A stretch of DNA of 64,000 nt from Dicyema japonicum (Eukaryota > Animalia > Dicyemida). The notes beneath the pieces were generated by a model. That model was given only the letters and a program-made list of their open reading frames with translations, made no database searches and was not told where the DNA came from. This document shows positions 48,880-61,970 of the stretch, piece after piece; position 1 is the stretch's first letter, and every line of letters starts with the position of its first letter. The stretch lies in NCBI GenBank assembly GCA_011109175.1, contig RDEW01000038.1, positions 301,380 to 365,379 of the forward strand, written 5' to 3'. Made by a program: the position numbers and the translations under genes.

Positions 48880-50520
48880 TCAAATTCCATTTTCATTTCG
48901 ACAAGTACTTCGACATGCAAACGTGACTGCCCAAAACGCTTTCCATCGTTTTTTGATCGTTATCGTCTGCATGTAGGCTCCTAAAAGATATTCCACTTTG
49001 GAGTGACTCAAGTGGTGTTTATAATATTTGCTCACGACTCCATTCCAAGTAAGGACTACTAGGACCACGTGCACTTTCGCTTTGTATATTATCCCCAGCT
49101 CACTTGCGAGAAAATCGTACTTGCGGCCTTTCTCCACTTCGACATGTTTCAAAAAATTTTGGGAGGTTATTCTCACTTCTATTTTGTTCTTGATTCTGTT
49201 ATACACGAAAATATCCGGCTTGTTATTTATTCTCGTGTCCGTAGCTATTGTTGTATCAACGCAAATTTCCACAAATTCAGTTACAACCGTTGTTTGTACT
49301 GAATGAGTCTTTAGCCTTTTCGATTTCTTTATTCAATACTGCCTGCACAGGTGTAAATGTATGCACCTGACAACCTCATTATGACGACGTAGGTAGTCAC
49401 TATTGAGCATTCTTCCACACCTTGTAGCCAGATAATCTACTGTTTTATTCGCTGAATTGCACTGGCTGCATTTTGCACCATTTTCTCGAAAAAAACATTA
49501 GGATGCTGACATAACATAGCATTCCCTCCGTCCTTGGAGAGATGTTCCGTAACTAACTTGTTTAATATCAACATTTTGATCTTCTGTTGAATTGAACATC
49601 ATAGCATGTAGAGGTTTTCTTTTTATCTTTTCTAATAGCTCCATTTGTTGTGCATCCTTCAGCTGTTTTATATTAACGTCCCTTGTCTCTATGCGACATT
49701 TTCCAGCTAGAATCCTACAATTGTGGCCATATGATTTTTCTTTGTATTCAAGACACGTAGGATTCCCGCTCTCCTCAAACATTTGTTGGCTTTGTGTTGC
49801 AGGCCGTTGTAAAAATGTAGAAGTATTCGTTCACTTTTATATACAACAGAAGTAATCCCCCAAGAAAATCTCCTGTAAATACAATCTTTCTTTATTTGCT
49901 GGATTACAGTGAATCCGACCATTTATAAGTAACTACAAACTTGTCAATTACCTCAAACTCGTTCAATTTCAATGACTCCTATATAATAATTATATAGGGA
50001 AGTCGCATGCTCATTGATTGCCTTGAAAAAGTTAACACTATTCAGTTTTGTCTTCATAAGATTCATGATTCTATTTTCCACGTCTGCAAAAATAGACCTC
50101 ATCACATTAGTCTTACTATATTTGTCTTCTAGTATGCCAAGATATCGATAACCTCCAAGACTGTCAAGTAACATAGCTGTTTCAGCCAAACATTCGACAT
50201 TTGTGGCTGATTTGTCGATATTAGGCTCCAGTCCAGCTGCATCAAAAAAAATTCAACTTCATTCATCATTCTTGCCATTGTGTCATCTTCATAGCATATC
50301 AATTTAAGATCATCCAAACAAGTGGTTGGTAGCATAGGTAAGAGTAATTCCGTTTGCATCCATGGTCACTTTAGGGTATTTACTATTTGATAGTCGACTC
50401 AACGGATCAATCAAAAAAACTGTGTGGAAAAGGAATCGTAGTAATCCATATAGGTTGTCCAGAGTTTTTTAAAACTACGTACAGACAGCCATGATCCACA
50501 GATTAGAACGCTTTCTTTAC
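48880..50520 (-). mobile_element. R4/Dong-like RLE non-LTR retrotransposon, RT to RLE, decayed
   Basis: YRYLGILED...KTKLNSVNFFKAINEHATSLYNYYIG (ORF 49953..50189) and RLE NKPDI...IEV.ITSQ...EKGRKYD.LASELG (ORF 48880..49272). Confidence 0.85.
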
Positions 50521-50769
50521 ATCAATCCAAGTCGATCGTAAATTGACTGACTGTTTGTTTATTGGTTAACTAAGGCTTGTTCTTTCGCGTCCTAGCACAT
50601 TGTACGAGTTCCTAACTGGTTATCACTGATTATATCGAATGCTTCAATATATTTGCTCACTTTGTTGTCAATTTATAGAGGTTAAACATGCACGTGATCG
50701 GTGTAAGGTCCTTTGGAGAGTCAGAAACTTTTTTCTTTGGTATAAAATAAGTAACACCAGTAAAAAACC

Positions 50770-51380
50770 ATGAATTTGTTGCTGTGGAGCATGTTTGTTT
50801 CTCAGAATGAGTTAGAAACATTACCAGAGGACCTATCTACGAATGGATATGAAAGCGAAACCAACAATAACGTAGACATGGTGGTCCATGGAGTGCTTCC
50901 AGAACAGGGAATTTCGCACGGTAATATGACTTTTACTATCACGTCTCTACGGGCGATGGCTGATTCGGTTGACCGAGATAACAAAGCTGAATGGATCACA
51001 AGTAGGTGGATCTGCCAAGTCAAGATTTGGAAGAATACCTCGGGGTGGGTGGCCGTTAATAACAGGTATTTTCAATTCGCGGTTTGGTACCACCAAATCT
51101 GTGGCAAATGTGAAATTACTTCTCAAATCTGATGTAAATAATACTACGTGTCACCAAAGAGGAAATCGGCAGAGCGTCGAGAAACCGGAGATTGTCTGTT
51201 TCACTAAGTACTTAGAAGAGTTTTCATGTTGGATTCAAGAGATCCAGTCGATTTTCCGGGATAATCGAAAACCAACCAGGAAAATTCCTTATCGGTTTCT
51301 CAAATAGGATATATTATCCGGAATGAATTATGCTGTGGGATACTATTTCAATAGTATGCCCCCGAATACTATGGAAGATA
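50770..51380 (+). pseudogene. Possible LTR-retrotransposon gag remnant
   Basis: Weak gag-like pattern spread over frames (A.WY; Y.EEF...I; KF..G). No LTRs or pol seen. Confidence 0.3.
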
Positions 51381-51399
51381 TTACAGATATTCTTTATGA

Positions 51400-51495
51400 G
51401 GATCATGGTCGAGGTTGACGGAGAGAATGATTAAAAATACAAGACAAGGGAAACTTAACTAATTTATGTTTTCTCGGGAATGCTTTTAATAATAT
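51400..51495 (+). repeat. Retroelement-like 3' stub, second copy at ~56937-57035
   Basis: GAGGATCATGGTCGAGGTTGACGGA...AAACTTAACTAATTTATGTTT(T)CTCGGGA.TGCTTTTAATAAT is present twice. Confidence 0.8.
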
Positions 51496-52351
51496 TTAAT
51501 TGCAATTTATTGCAATTGGTTTCCCTACTCATCACACAAAATATCGGGAAGGGCCTCAAATTTCATCATATAATTGGTTATCGCATCATTCAATCCATTA
51601 AGCACATCATCTTGAAACCCTGGATTAGACTAAGATTAGACTATTCAATCCATGAAACCCTGGATTAGACTAAGACGATAAAAGGGGACATAGACGTCAC
51701 CAAAATTACATGGAGAAAAGGTCTTATATGAGGTTCTACATGCATGGACACCTTCTTAACTGTCATACTGCCTAAAAATTAAGCACACGGGATCTGGAGG
51801 TTATGGAATCGGACATAACAAAGGAGGAAATACAAGAGACGGACAAATTATCTTTTCAACCGAGAGACAAAAGCTTTTATCCACGAAGCTAAGTAGACAT
51901 TGCGTCCAAAGAAATATGTTGCCACCTCAACATTCTGACAAGTTAATAACTTTAATAGATATCTAATTCTTCCCTTGATACTTTTTTCTCGAAACCATAA
52001 ATGCAGAACAACGATTGTGATTATAATAGACATTTCTTAAATACAGAGGACTACAGAGAAGTACGTGAGGATAGTACGGGGAACATTTGAAGGATAAAGT
52101 CTTTTTTAATTATCTTATTTCTTGAAGCTTGTGGTTGATTAATGAATTTATTCCAAAGATCAAGGTAAAATAATGATAGTTATTGAAGGAGAACGACTTC
52201 CCTCAAACGTAGAATTTTTGATGTGGTTCATCTTCTCGTGGCGAAAGATGCTATTTTCTAAGAACTAAAAGAGCCTTCTCTCTTTTTTTCAGAATAATGA
52301 TAAAATAAAAATAAATGAAAAATTAAGTCATAACTCTAAAAATAATTAATG

Positions 52352-53896
52352 TTAAATTTCAGTTGGTTCTGGTTGAGAGTTTGAACTCGCCCAGGGCTGA
52401 AGTTCAGCTTTGGCAAACACCGTGAAAACAATCAATGCGATTGTCTGAATAATGAGCATAATGCCGAAAGGTATCTGCCAGTCACGGACTAAATGCTACA
52501 AATTAAAGACTTTAAAAACTCGTTCGGAGACAAAACTATAAGTTATCTGAATCGCTATTATTCCCGCTAGAGCAGCAAAAGTGTCAGAAATGGCACCGAT
52601 TATGCCACAGAATTGTGGTGCAATATCAATAATATTTGGCATTATTACTGAAAACTGAAATCCACTAATATATGAGGCAATGACAATAATGACCACCCCC
52701 CACTCGTATTTTTCAGGAGGAATAAATGTTGCTGACATAAAGAACAATCCCGTTGGAATCGTAGCACCAAGCTATGCTTAATAAAATAAATTTTACATTC
52801 AACAATTTTCGAACTGTGAGTTTAGACAAGATCTTTTTGCGTAAAAGAAAATCGGAGATGATGGAAGAGGTTACTCCACCTATCCAAGTGAAAGCCGGGG
52901 ACAAAAAGCTAAGGTAAGCTTGCTGAAAGATTATAGAAAATATACATCTTTGACGGGGATAAGATACACATCGTTCATGAAAGAGGGAATAATTGTATAT
53001 ATAAGGGAAAGACTCCAAAAGGACGCGAAATGGGTGGTCATTACCGCTATAACGGGAGCAGAGATAAATATTTTTGAAATTGGAAAGGTCAATATTGAGT
53101 CACTAATACTACCTTAATATTGGTTTTGCTTGACCTTTCGATTTTCCTATTTAATAAATCTTTCTCAGCCTTCTTGATCCATCTATTCTTTTGGGGGTCA
53201 TCGGTGTAGAAAATGCACCAAAATATCAGCCAAATGAATCCAAGTCCACCTAATTCCCACCAAAAAGTTAACCAAATAAATAAAAAGTGACTCTCCATTG
53301 AGACTCATCTCTTGCAAAGTACGATGTCACACTGAGTCCAAGGATTGTGCCGCACTGAGTTCCTGACGTGCATAATTAAAGAATACCGGGAAAGACAAGA
53401 CCAACTGCTGTCCCCCGAAAACTGGGTTGGACCCAATTGGCCAGCGAAACTATGACGACTGGAAAATATACGGCCTAAACTAATTATTCGATAAACCTGT
53501 GCAGCACCCATGAGAACTCTAAGGAATATTAATACATCTGTGGATTTATCAAGAATAAGTCCCGAAACAATGCATGAAATTGACGATATGATCATCCCCA
53601 CAGCCAATGGAACTTTGGATCCGAATCTTTCAACGACAAATCCCACAATTATTTGATTCATGAAAAATCCAATGTAAAATGACATTAAAACGAGAGACTG
53701 TTGATTTGAAGTCCATAATATTTTCTTAACTATTAAATGGATAAACTTTAGCTACGTCATCACGAATTGTCACAATTTGGGGCACAACAACGTTCAAATT
53801 GATTCTCTGCATGAGCATCACTGTCAGAGCACTGAAGACGCTCAATCCAGTTATTAATCGTCCAACAATAGAAAATCTCTTTTTCTTTTCTTTCAT
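52352..53896 (-). CDS. SLC17/sialin-like MFS anion transporter, apparently intact
   Basis: ATG at 53896 and several 22-24-nt introns (e.g. 53725-53746, 53475-53496). Motifs QRINLNV, W...QQ...SFYIG, ERFGSK, FLRVLMG, W...F...GGLG..W, IDIAPQFCGII, AELQPWA; TAA at 52352-52354. Middle exons were not all traced base by base. Confidence 0.88.
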
Positions 53897-54911
53897 GCTT
53901 TGTCGATTAACGGTGATTATGATTTATAAATTTATTTAACCGTTCTCTAAATTAATTAAAAGTATATTGACATCATATTAAATTGTGGTTAAGCTGCGTC
54001 ATGGTTCAATAACACAGAGAAATATTCATTACTTTTTTTATACAATTTACCACAAGATTTAACTAAATTATAACAAATTGGTCCCCACCGGAATAATCCA
54101 CGTTGCCTCTCACGATTGTAACGGAGATTGGTCTCGTGTTAAATATTAGTAAGAACATTAAATATTAATGAGATAGCTTATAATTATTCATTAATAAGGA
54201 TTTAATAAACTTCTCAAGCAGATTTCGTGATTGAGTCCAAATCCCTCTTACGATTTTCATGGAATTGTTACAAATGATATAAATTTAGTAGAAAATTGTT
54301 ATCGTAGGCTTTAATTTATGATTTATATAAGATCAAACGTTAGTCAGATAAAATTATCATCAAAATCATGTTAAATTTATTAACTTAAACACAGTTTACA
54401 TTGCTGCCTGCTAGAACTTGGGAGGGCTTTTTTAGACATTCGAAATTCTATTTGTGGTTTGATAGTTTTTATAAGGAGACTGCATTTTATTTAAACAGCA
54501 CTTCCTTCAAGTCAGAACATCAAAGACTGCTGAGGGAAGCCGAGATCACCTGAATTTTTTTTCATACTGTCTTGACGGTAGTTTTCTGGTTTAATAAATT
54601 TAATGACAAGGTCTTCATTATGACCTGAAGGCATTGAGCATGCAATGGGAGTCACCCCTTATGATCGCGAGAGCCATCGTGTCACTCTAGGATCACCCTA
54701 AGTCATGCAATCTGCCAGATTAACCTGATAAATTCAAAAGTGTCAAGCCAAAAACGCCAGATTTCTCAACGGAGGTCGGCTGTAATGCGAACTGAGTTCC
54801 AATCCCGCGGTACTTCCTTCTTTTCGAGTCTACTCGCTGCTAAACACATGCGCAACGATGACTTGAGCAGATTCGCGTTAGAGAAAAGTGTCAAATTATA
54901 TTTATATGATA

Positions 54912-55503
54912 GAGTAAACCCTCATTAATCCTAACTTCAATAATCCGATTTTTTGATGAGTTAGCAAAATTTTATAAAGTTTTCTTACAAACAGGCTTCA
55001 ATTAACAGAAACTTTATAATCCGCAATCCTAAAGACATTTATTAAAAATTTCGGATTAATTTATTTTGTTTGTATTAACATTGATGAATTTACATTTAAA
55101 TCTAACAGTACCAAAATCTTTAAAAAGATTTTTTTGTGAATTTACGGAAAGCCATAATTATCTCACACACGAAGTAAAAGAAGACAATAAAAATTGTTTT
55201 AAAAAGACTGAGACAATTAAATATCTTGATTAATTTGCTAATGAAGATATAATCAAAGATCCTGTTTTGAATGAACACCGAAAAGAACTGAACTGGCTAA
55301 TGAATAACAAATAACTCAAACAGAAGTGCTCGACGAGAAGGAAATCGTCATTCTTTGTGACAAAGAAATTATTGATTCTAAAATGGAGATATTATTATAT
55401 GTGAAAACATAAATATTAACTACAATGAAATTAATATATTTATTCCCTTCACAATCCGAAAGGCATCCAAATTTTTTTAGTTCGGATTAATGAGGGTTTA
55501 CTG
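54912..55503. mobile_element. pogo/Tigger-like non-autonomous element
   Basis: TIRs (G/C)AGTAAACCCTCATTAATCC.AACT, each flanked by TA (54910-54911 and 55504-55505). Confidence 0.85.
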
Positions 55504-55509
55504 TAATTA

Positions 55510-56880
55510 AAAAAAGTTAATGATTTTTACCTTCTCATTTGTCTGCCAATACTATTGATCTCGGATTTCCTGTCCATCAGGACCTGATTCACTGTGTTAC
55601 AAGAGTGTGGGCAGCATCTGACTGTGTCGCAGTGCTGCATATCAAATGCGGAAATAAAATCAACCATTATAAATGTATATGCCCCAACCGGAGCGCGAGT
55701 CTCAACAAATATTGAAGAGCTGGATTCATTTTGCGCTTCTCTCAATTTTATACAACTCGCTTTCATCCTCTTTCCACAGCGTTCAATCAAATCTATGCAA
55801 TATTTGTTTCAAGCTCTCAGCAAGACACATGACCACTTGGGTTGGGACCAGAAAAGACAAGTATGGCAACACAATCCGAATATACAACCAGATTGACTAT
55901 ATACTCTGCAATCAACATCAGAAAGCCACATACAAAATTTGAGGTCATACGGTGGACTTGAAACTAGCAGCGATCACAAACTTGTTATCGCTAAACAGAA
56001 TTCATGAAAATACATGGAAAACGCAAAGGTATCGCCTCAGTACGATACGACAAGGAGAGGCTACGTTATGAAGATTCTAACACTCTTCGATATTGTACAA
56101 CTCTGAAAAATAGCATTATCTCCATTAACGAAAATCAACCAGCAAATAAGATGTGGGAGGAAATAGTCGTTGCTATACAAAAAGCAGCCTCTAGTGTTTT
56201 GGGTCCCACCCCCAAACCCAGTCACAAACAAAGCAGTCCGGATATCAGACGACTTTCTGTAAAACAAAAAAAGCTTAGGCTCCGATCCGAAAATACAAGT
56301 GCACCGGAAAAAATCAACGAGCTCTGCACCCAGAGAGGCAGAGTCCTACAATGATCAAACAAATAAAAAATTCCTTGCCAGAAGTGAAGCAGAAAATTAA
56401 ATTTCCGAAAACGAAATATAAAGACGGATCAATGATGTTTCAATGCAATTCCCCTCCTTAACAGAGGGAGGAGTTTGGCCCCGATCACTGCCCACGATAA
56501 CCTCGGCCGTACTGTTATTGAAGACGTTAACAAAGCTAATATAAGATCTTGGCATTTTGATCATCTATTCAACACTCTCAGAAAAATTAACTAGACAATG
56601 AAACTATAGAAACCAGACAAATCCACACTATTGCACCCAATAAGCGTTTCGGAAACTCTTCAGGCAATCAAAAAAATTGAACACCGGAAGATCGCCAGGA
56701 CATAACAATATCCCAGCAGAGCTTTTGAAACATGCCCCTGGGAGCTAGTTAAAATGATCACCAATGCTCTCAATCGGTCTCTCCAGGAAGACAATGAGTT
56801 GGAATTTGAAAAAGGGTGGAGGATAGGACTAGATCAACTGGCCTATGAAGATCTCTAATGCAAACTTTTTTTATTAATTT
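55510..56880 (+). mobile_element. Decayed RTE LINE (APE to start of RT)
   Basis: IINVYAPT, TTWVG...NQIDYIL, SDHKLV and IPAELLKHAP. Confidence 0.8.
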
Positions 56881-57169
56881 TAAATCTGGTGTGCGATCAG
56901 ATGGTATTTTCAAATCAAGATGGAGCCAGCGCGCCACAGAGGATCATGGTCGAGGTTGACGGAAAGGGTGATTAGGAGCACAGATGAAACTTAACTAATT
57001 TATGTTTCTCGGGAGTGCTTTTAATAATAATGATTTAAAAGTCATTTTAACCGCATGACATCCTCTCTATTACTAAGTGCTGGTAAGAACACCGAGAAGG
57101 ATGAGGCGGCTACTTAAGGAGGTCAGGATGACCTGACGGCCCCCTCTCTCTCGTTGATTCTTGGTTTAA

Positions 57170-58150
57170 ATAAATGTTTCAAAAACACTATGAACGAAAG
57201 AATTTCAGGTTAACGGCTTTTAATGTGAGAGGAATTAGTTCTGAAATACGAAAAAAGTCAGCTTTGCCAATATCTAAGCATTATGGAGTGGCTGTTGCAT
57301 GCTTTCTGGAAACTAAAGTATCCGCCGAACTGGATGAAGACTATGGGGAATACAGATTTCTGTTTCTGGAACCGGAATGTAGACACTATGGAATGTGCTC
57401 TGTGGTATCAAATCATTACAACAGAAAAGTATTGGAAAATCAATGATTAGCATAATCAAGATTATCAATTAATTATCAACAATAATTAATATTTATGCTC
57501 CCACTATGGGCATAACTGCGAAAAGTCCAGATGGAAATCTATACTGTGCTGTCTTCGACACTCGAAGATATTCATGGATGCCCTATGTTTTATTGGTGGG
57601 AATTTGAACTCGAAAGTTTGAAGACGACGTAGTGGTAAAATATTCATTGAAAGTCACAGCAGAGGCAAAAGAAACGCCAATGGCCTCTAAATGACCCAAT
57701 TACATACAAAGAGGTTCTGAACGTTATCAACAAGCTACACTAAAAAGCCACGACGCACGTGAGACCCGGTGGCTACTCCAGTTGATCTCTGTTGCAATCG
57801 TGAGAGGCAACGCAACGTCGATAATGTCGGCGGGTCCACTTTCGATGGATGGCAGTTTTAAATAAGCTAAAAAATAACACTAGTCCAGGGATAGATGGAA
57901 TAAATGGAGAAGACAAAATTTTGTTTTCACAGCGAATTTGTCCTCCTTGTGATTCTGCATAATTCTTGAATAGTCAGTCACTCACAATAAGAAAAAATAA
58001 ACTCCCACAACGTAAATCAACTACGGTCACTGAGAAAATCAGGATTCCAAAAAAGATTTGTAACAAAGAGCTGTACGGAATATGCAATTCACAGCTGATC
58101 GTACTAACAGCCAAAAGGGAGTGGTCAAGTTATTTGGACACATCCTAAAT
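57170..58150 (+). mobile_element. Decayed RTE LINE with deletions
   Basis: LTAFNVRGI, CFLETK, INIYAPT and NTSPGIDG. Confidence 0.7.
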
Positions 58151-58289
58151 AAGAAATTATTTTTTTTCTTCTAACTAGAGATCTTACCTTGTGGTCTCTT
58201 ATGCTTCGCTACCATAAAGATTATTTGTAACTCATTTTGAGGCACGTATAGCAAAATGCCAAAAAATCAAGATCGCTCTATCCGTCAGC

Positions 58290-59160
58290 TGAATGCGTAT
58301 TTGCAGCTCACTGAGGGAGGTTGCCCAGCACGAAAGTGTCCGTACACGTAACATCCCGGACAGGGGCTTCCCATCCTCGAATGGAAAGATAGTTATTCCA
58401 TCCGGACGTTTTCTATCTCGGCTAGAGTACCGAAGAGTAACCAGGTTTTATGTTAGACGCCCCTGTCGGTACTATTCCTGCAAGTTAGTGTTGTTCCGTT
58501 TACTGTACCGGCACTGATCTTGATTCCAAGTTGGAATGAAACTCCAATTGATGCATATGGATGGATTCAGGCAACTATGCCTGTTTTTTGGAGGAATTAC
58601 CGTACTTCAGCCGCATTAAGTGCGTATTTGTCCTTTTATAGCTCTTCGAAGAATTTGATGGATATGGTCCTTTACTCTTATTCCGGACTTAATGCGTGCG
58701 GAGCGAAAATGTTGTTTAGACGTTTGATCAATCCATATGACGACCATCCACTGTCGTGTAGGTGATCGTAAACAGTTTCCCAAACATGTCTGTCTCAACG
58801 CACTTTCTTCTGTTAGGCACCGATGCAATATCTCACCCGAAAGGATGCCAAACGCTTCCACGGGATGACAAAATTCCCTTTTGCTAATGGTAGGAACTTG
58901 CTTGGGACGCTACATGCGTTGATAAATACTCTCAGAAAAATTTGGCCAATCAGTCTCGGACCCAGGTCATTCTTCTAAGCAGAGAAGTAATCAGAAGAGA
59001 AGTAAGTACCAAAGAATTACGGAGGATCACTTGTTTGTCCTAGTTGCTATTATGAATTCATGAATACTTGGCCCACAAGCTGAAAATCTAGTCCGTCGAA
59101 TCTGCTCAATGATCTAATTGGTCACCAAGGAACAATGTGAGACTGGATCTCTATATCTAT
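58290..59160 (+). mobile_element. CRE-like element, 3' part with deletions
   Basis: WIQATMP, DDHPLSC and a degenerate RPDG.T.IPF..GR.L.WDAT RLE motif. Confidence 0.7.
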
Positions 59161-59174
59161 CATCAGAGGAAACA

Positions 59175-60100
59175 ACATTATTATTAATTAACCCCGGACA
59201 CACCGAGAAAGAAGTTAAAGTAAACAACTAATTAAGTGTATCCAGTTTCCACTTCTACAGAAACAGAGTCCATCCGGAATCAGCATAAAGGGTAAGACGT
59301 CCATTACATGCAGTTGTGGAAATCCCTCCAGTGGAGTGGGGAGAGCAAATGATCCTTTTTCATGCCGGCCTGGAACTGGGCGACACCTAGACAGGTGGAT
59401 CACATGACGCCACTCTATTGGGAAGAGAGAGGAGGAACAGACAAGTAAGCAGAAAAATTAAACCAACTAACCACGCAGCACCACACGACGCCACGCGGCA
59501 AAATCTCAACTTAATCTATACCATTTCAGGTTTAAAGTGGGTCTTACCAAAAGCAAAGTGGGTCTTACCAAAAGCAAAGTGGGTCTTACCAAAAGCAAAG
59601 TGGTTCTTACCAAAAGCAAAGTGGAACTTACCAAAAGCAAAGTGGAACTTACCAAAAGCAAAGTGGTACTTACCAAAAGCAAAGTGGTACTTACCAAAAG
59701 CAAAGTGGTACTTGTAGGATATAGACGCGTAATATTTTATCAGTGTGTCTGGTTTTATGTAGAGTCGACTTTTCTCTCTGGGGTGGATCTTTTGGTGTTT
59801 TAGATCCACATCCATACTCTCTGCATTGGGGGGTTTTTGTAGAGAGCCTTCGATAGTCTCGTCCATCTATTTGCATTTTCTGTCTTTATGTTGTTGTCGA
59901 TCTCTGTGTTCTGCTCTCGTATTTTCCTGATGTTCTTTTCTGTTGGCGATTTTACCATCTTTAGATTATTTCGTTCTCTGATCAGATGTTTCGTCGTTGT
60001 GTTGAAACGTTTTGATGACGTAGGTTGTCTCCCCATAAGATTGTACTTCTTTTTCACAGCGTTTATAATGGAGTTGAACCATTTCACTAATTGTTCGACG
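59175..60100 (-). mobile_element. LINE pieces (3' end 59175-59420; APE-RT linker 59714-60100) on either side of a minisatellite
   Basis: 3' end CTGGATACACTTAA...GTGTGTCCGGGG-TTAATTAATAATAAT; linker ORF 59800..60087 and KPDTLIKYYASISYK. Confidence 0.7.
59534..59713. repeat. 21-bp minisatellite, 8 full units plus a 12-bp partial unit
   Basis: Unit AAAGTGGnnCTTACCAAAAGC; the variable dinucleotide runs GT,GT,GT,TT,AA,AA,TA,TA,(TA). Confidence 0.97.
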
Positions 60101-60145
60101 GAGGGAAAAGTGAGGAAATTTAATAGTCCATTACAATCTATTAGA

Positions 60146-60614
60146 TTTTTTTTTTTTTTTTTTAAATATAAAAATTTTTTTTAACAATTAAACAAATGTC
60201 AGTTTGGAAGCCTGCTGCGTGGATTGCGAACGAGTTCCCTCGGAGTATGGCCAATCCAATCTTTTGTCTTAGCCATAACCCTTCTCGTTGATCCCTTTTC
60301 TTTCTGGCAAGCAATCCTCCGAGTTCTTGCAAGAATTCAGCCGTCATTGGACCAACGGCTCCCGATGATTCGGTCGCAACAGGAGTAAATCGGTAGCGAT
60401 CCCCGAGACAAGAATATTTCTTGATTTTTAGGTTTTCCGCGGTCGAAGCAGCTGCTCCAGGTGTCTGAACAGATTTAAAAATGTTCGTGCTTGAGAACGT
60501 GTCTATGCAAGTTGCGTCCCAGACCAAAGATCTTCCAGACGTGAAGGGGAAAAGGGTCATCCCGTCAGGTCTCTTCCCATCTCCTCGATCAAGACCCACT
60601 GGTTCAAGCTGTGC
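60146..60614 (-). mobile_element. 5'-truncated CRE-like element with poly(A) tail
   Basis: ORF 60162..60599 (GKRPDGMTLFPFTSGRSLVWDATC...KIKKY...PVATES.G...LAILRGNS), poly(T) at 60146-60163 and a probable TSD, TCTATTAGA/TCTATGAGA. Confidence 0.9.
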
Positions 60615-61970
60615 TCTATGAGATTAAATTAAAAAAATATTTTTTATTTTGTAAAAGTGAATTTTTAATCTTTTTAAAGTCATGTTAACCTGGATTTGAC
60701 ATCAATTTTACAATTTATTATTGTACTTATAATAAAAGTTCAATTTATTATATAATCGGAGCTTTTTGGCTCGGAGCTTCTTGCTCCGACAAGACTTTGG
60801 AGCAGATTACTGTCAAAATCGAGTTATTCCTGTCCTTTTGGATCCATTTGGCTAATATATACATTCCTCCACAAGGATCGTGTCCGTCATCTTACACCCC
60901 TGATTTATCACGCATTTCAACATTGAAAAATCTACTGTTATGTGGGGATCTTAATGCACGACATCCAGTTTGGCTCACTTCCCAATCCTCTGATAACCGA
61001 GGAGAACTCATTGCAAATTATCTTCCCGACCTGATTATACTGAACAACCCTAACTCACATACGAGGACCCCATTAAGGATGACTGATAGCTGCACATCCC
61101 CCGACTTAACACTATGCTCACCTTTTCTGGCTGGACTCATTTCCTGGAACGTCTTTTACGGCTTCTCCAGTGACCACAATCCAATCCTTCTAAAACTGAG
61201 AGGTCTTCGACGATACAGGAGACGACCGGCGGAATCAAAAAGATTCAAGGATTATACGAAGGTTGACTTGTCTGGTTTCAGTAACCTTGTGGATAAATTC
61301 TTGGCACGGAGATTATCCTCCCAATACGCTCTATTGATGAGGCCGCAGAAATTATCAGCGCTGCCATTCAGAAAGCTGACCATATTTTTATTCCTATATC
61401 GTCATACAAGAAGTTTATTCCTACCCTCAGCTCTTATACAATAAGTCTTATAAAACAAAGAGACCGGCTGAAGAGATGCCATCTGTTGGACATGAAGTCT
61501 TTGACAGCCCTCAGACAACTGAATAAAAGATCTGTCAGAGCATAAAAGAACACAAGGACAAGATATGGCAGCATCTAGTTAACCACCTCGACAGGAAAAG
61601 TACATCCCGACATTTCTGGAAAACTCTTAAACAAGTAACGTCGGAGCTGGATGATGCAGACGGAACCGGAAAGTCTTCTCCTGAACACTTATGCCACCTA
61701 CATCCTAACACCCTTATGAAACATTACGCTGGAATTAGCTTCAAACCATTCTCGAAACACCTGGACATTAAGGTGCGTGCCCATAAACCGAAGAAGGAAC
61801 CTTACACGAACTATTCACAGATGACCAAGTCTTGGATGTGATCACCAGATTAAAGAGCTCACGGGCGTGCGGGCCTGACAAAGTATCCTCTATTCACCTA
61901 AAACACCTAAGCCACTACGCAATTGGCTACCTCACGCATATATACAACCTGTCCATTAACTATAATATTA

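Noticed and set aside
51615-51675. Short direct repeat GAAACCCTGGATTAGACTAAGA x2 as a regulatory or LTR feature
   Set aside because: It is a local slippage-type duplication in decayed sequence with no other support.
59534-59713. CRISPR array, or a real repeat protein (ORFs 59418..59717, 59506..59703, 59516..59866, 59537..59803)
   Set aside because: There are no unique spacers and no cas genes, and the context is eukaryotic. The ORFs are open only because a 21-bp unit lacks stop codons in those frames.
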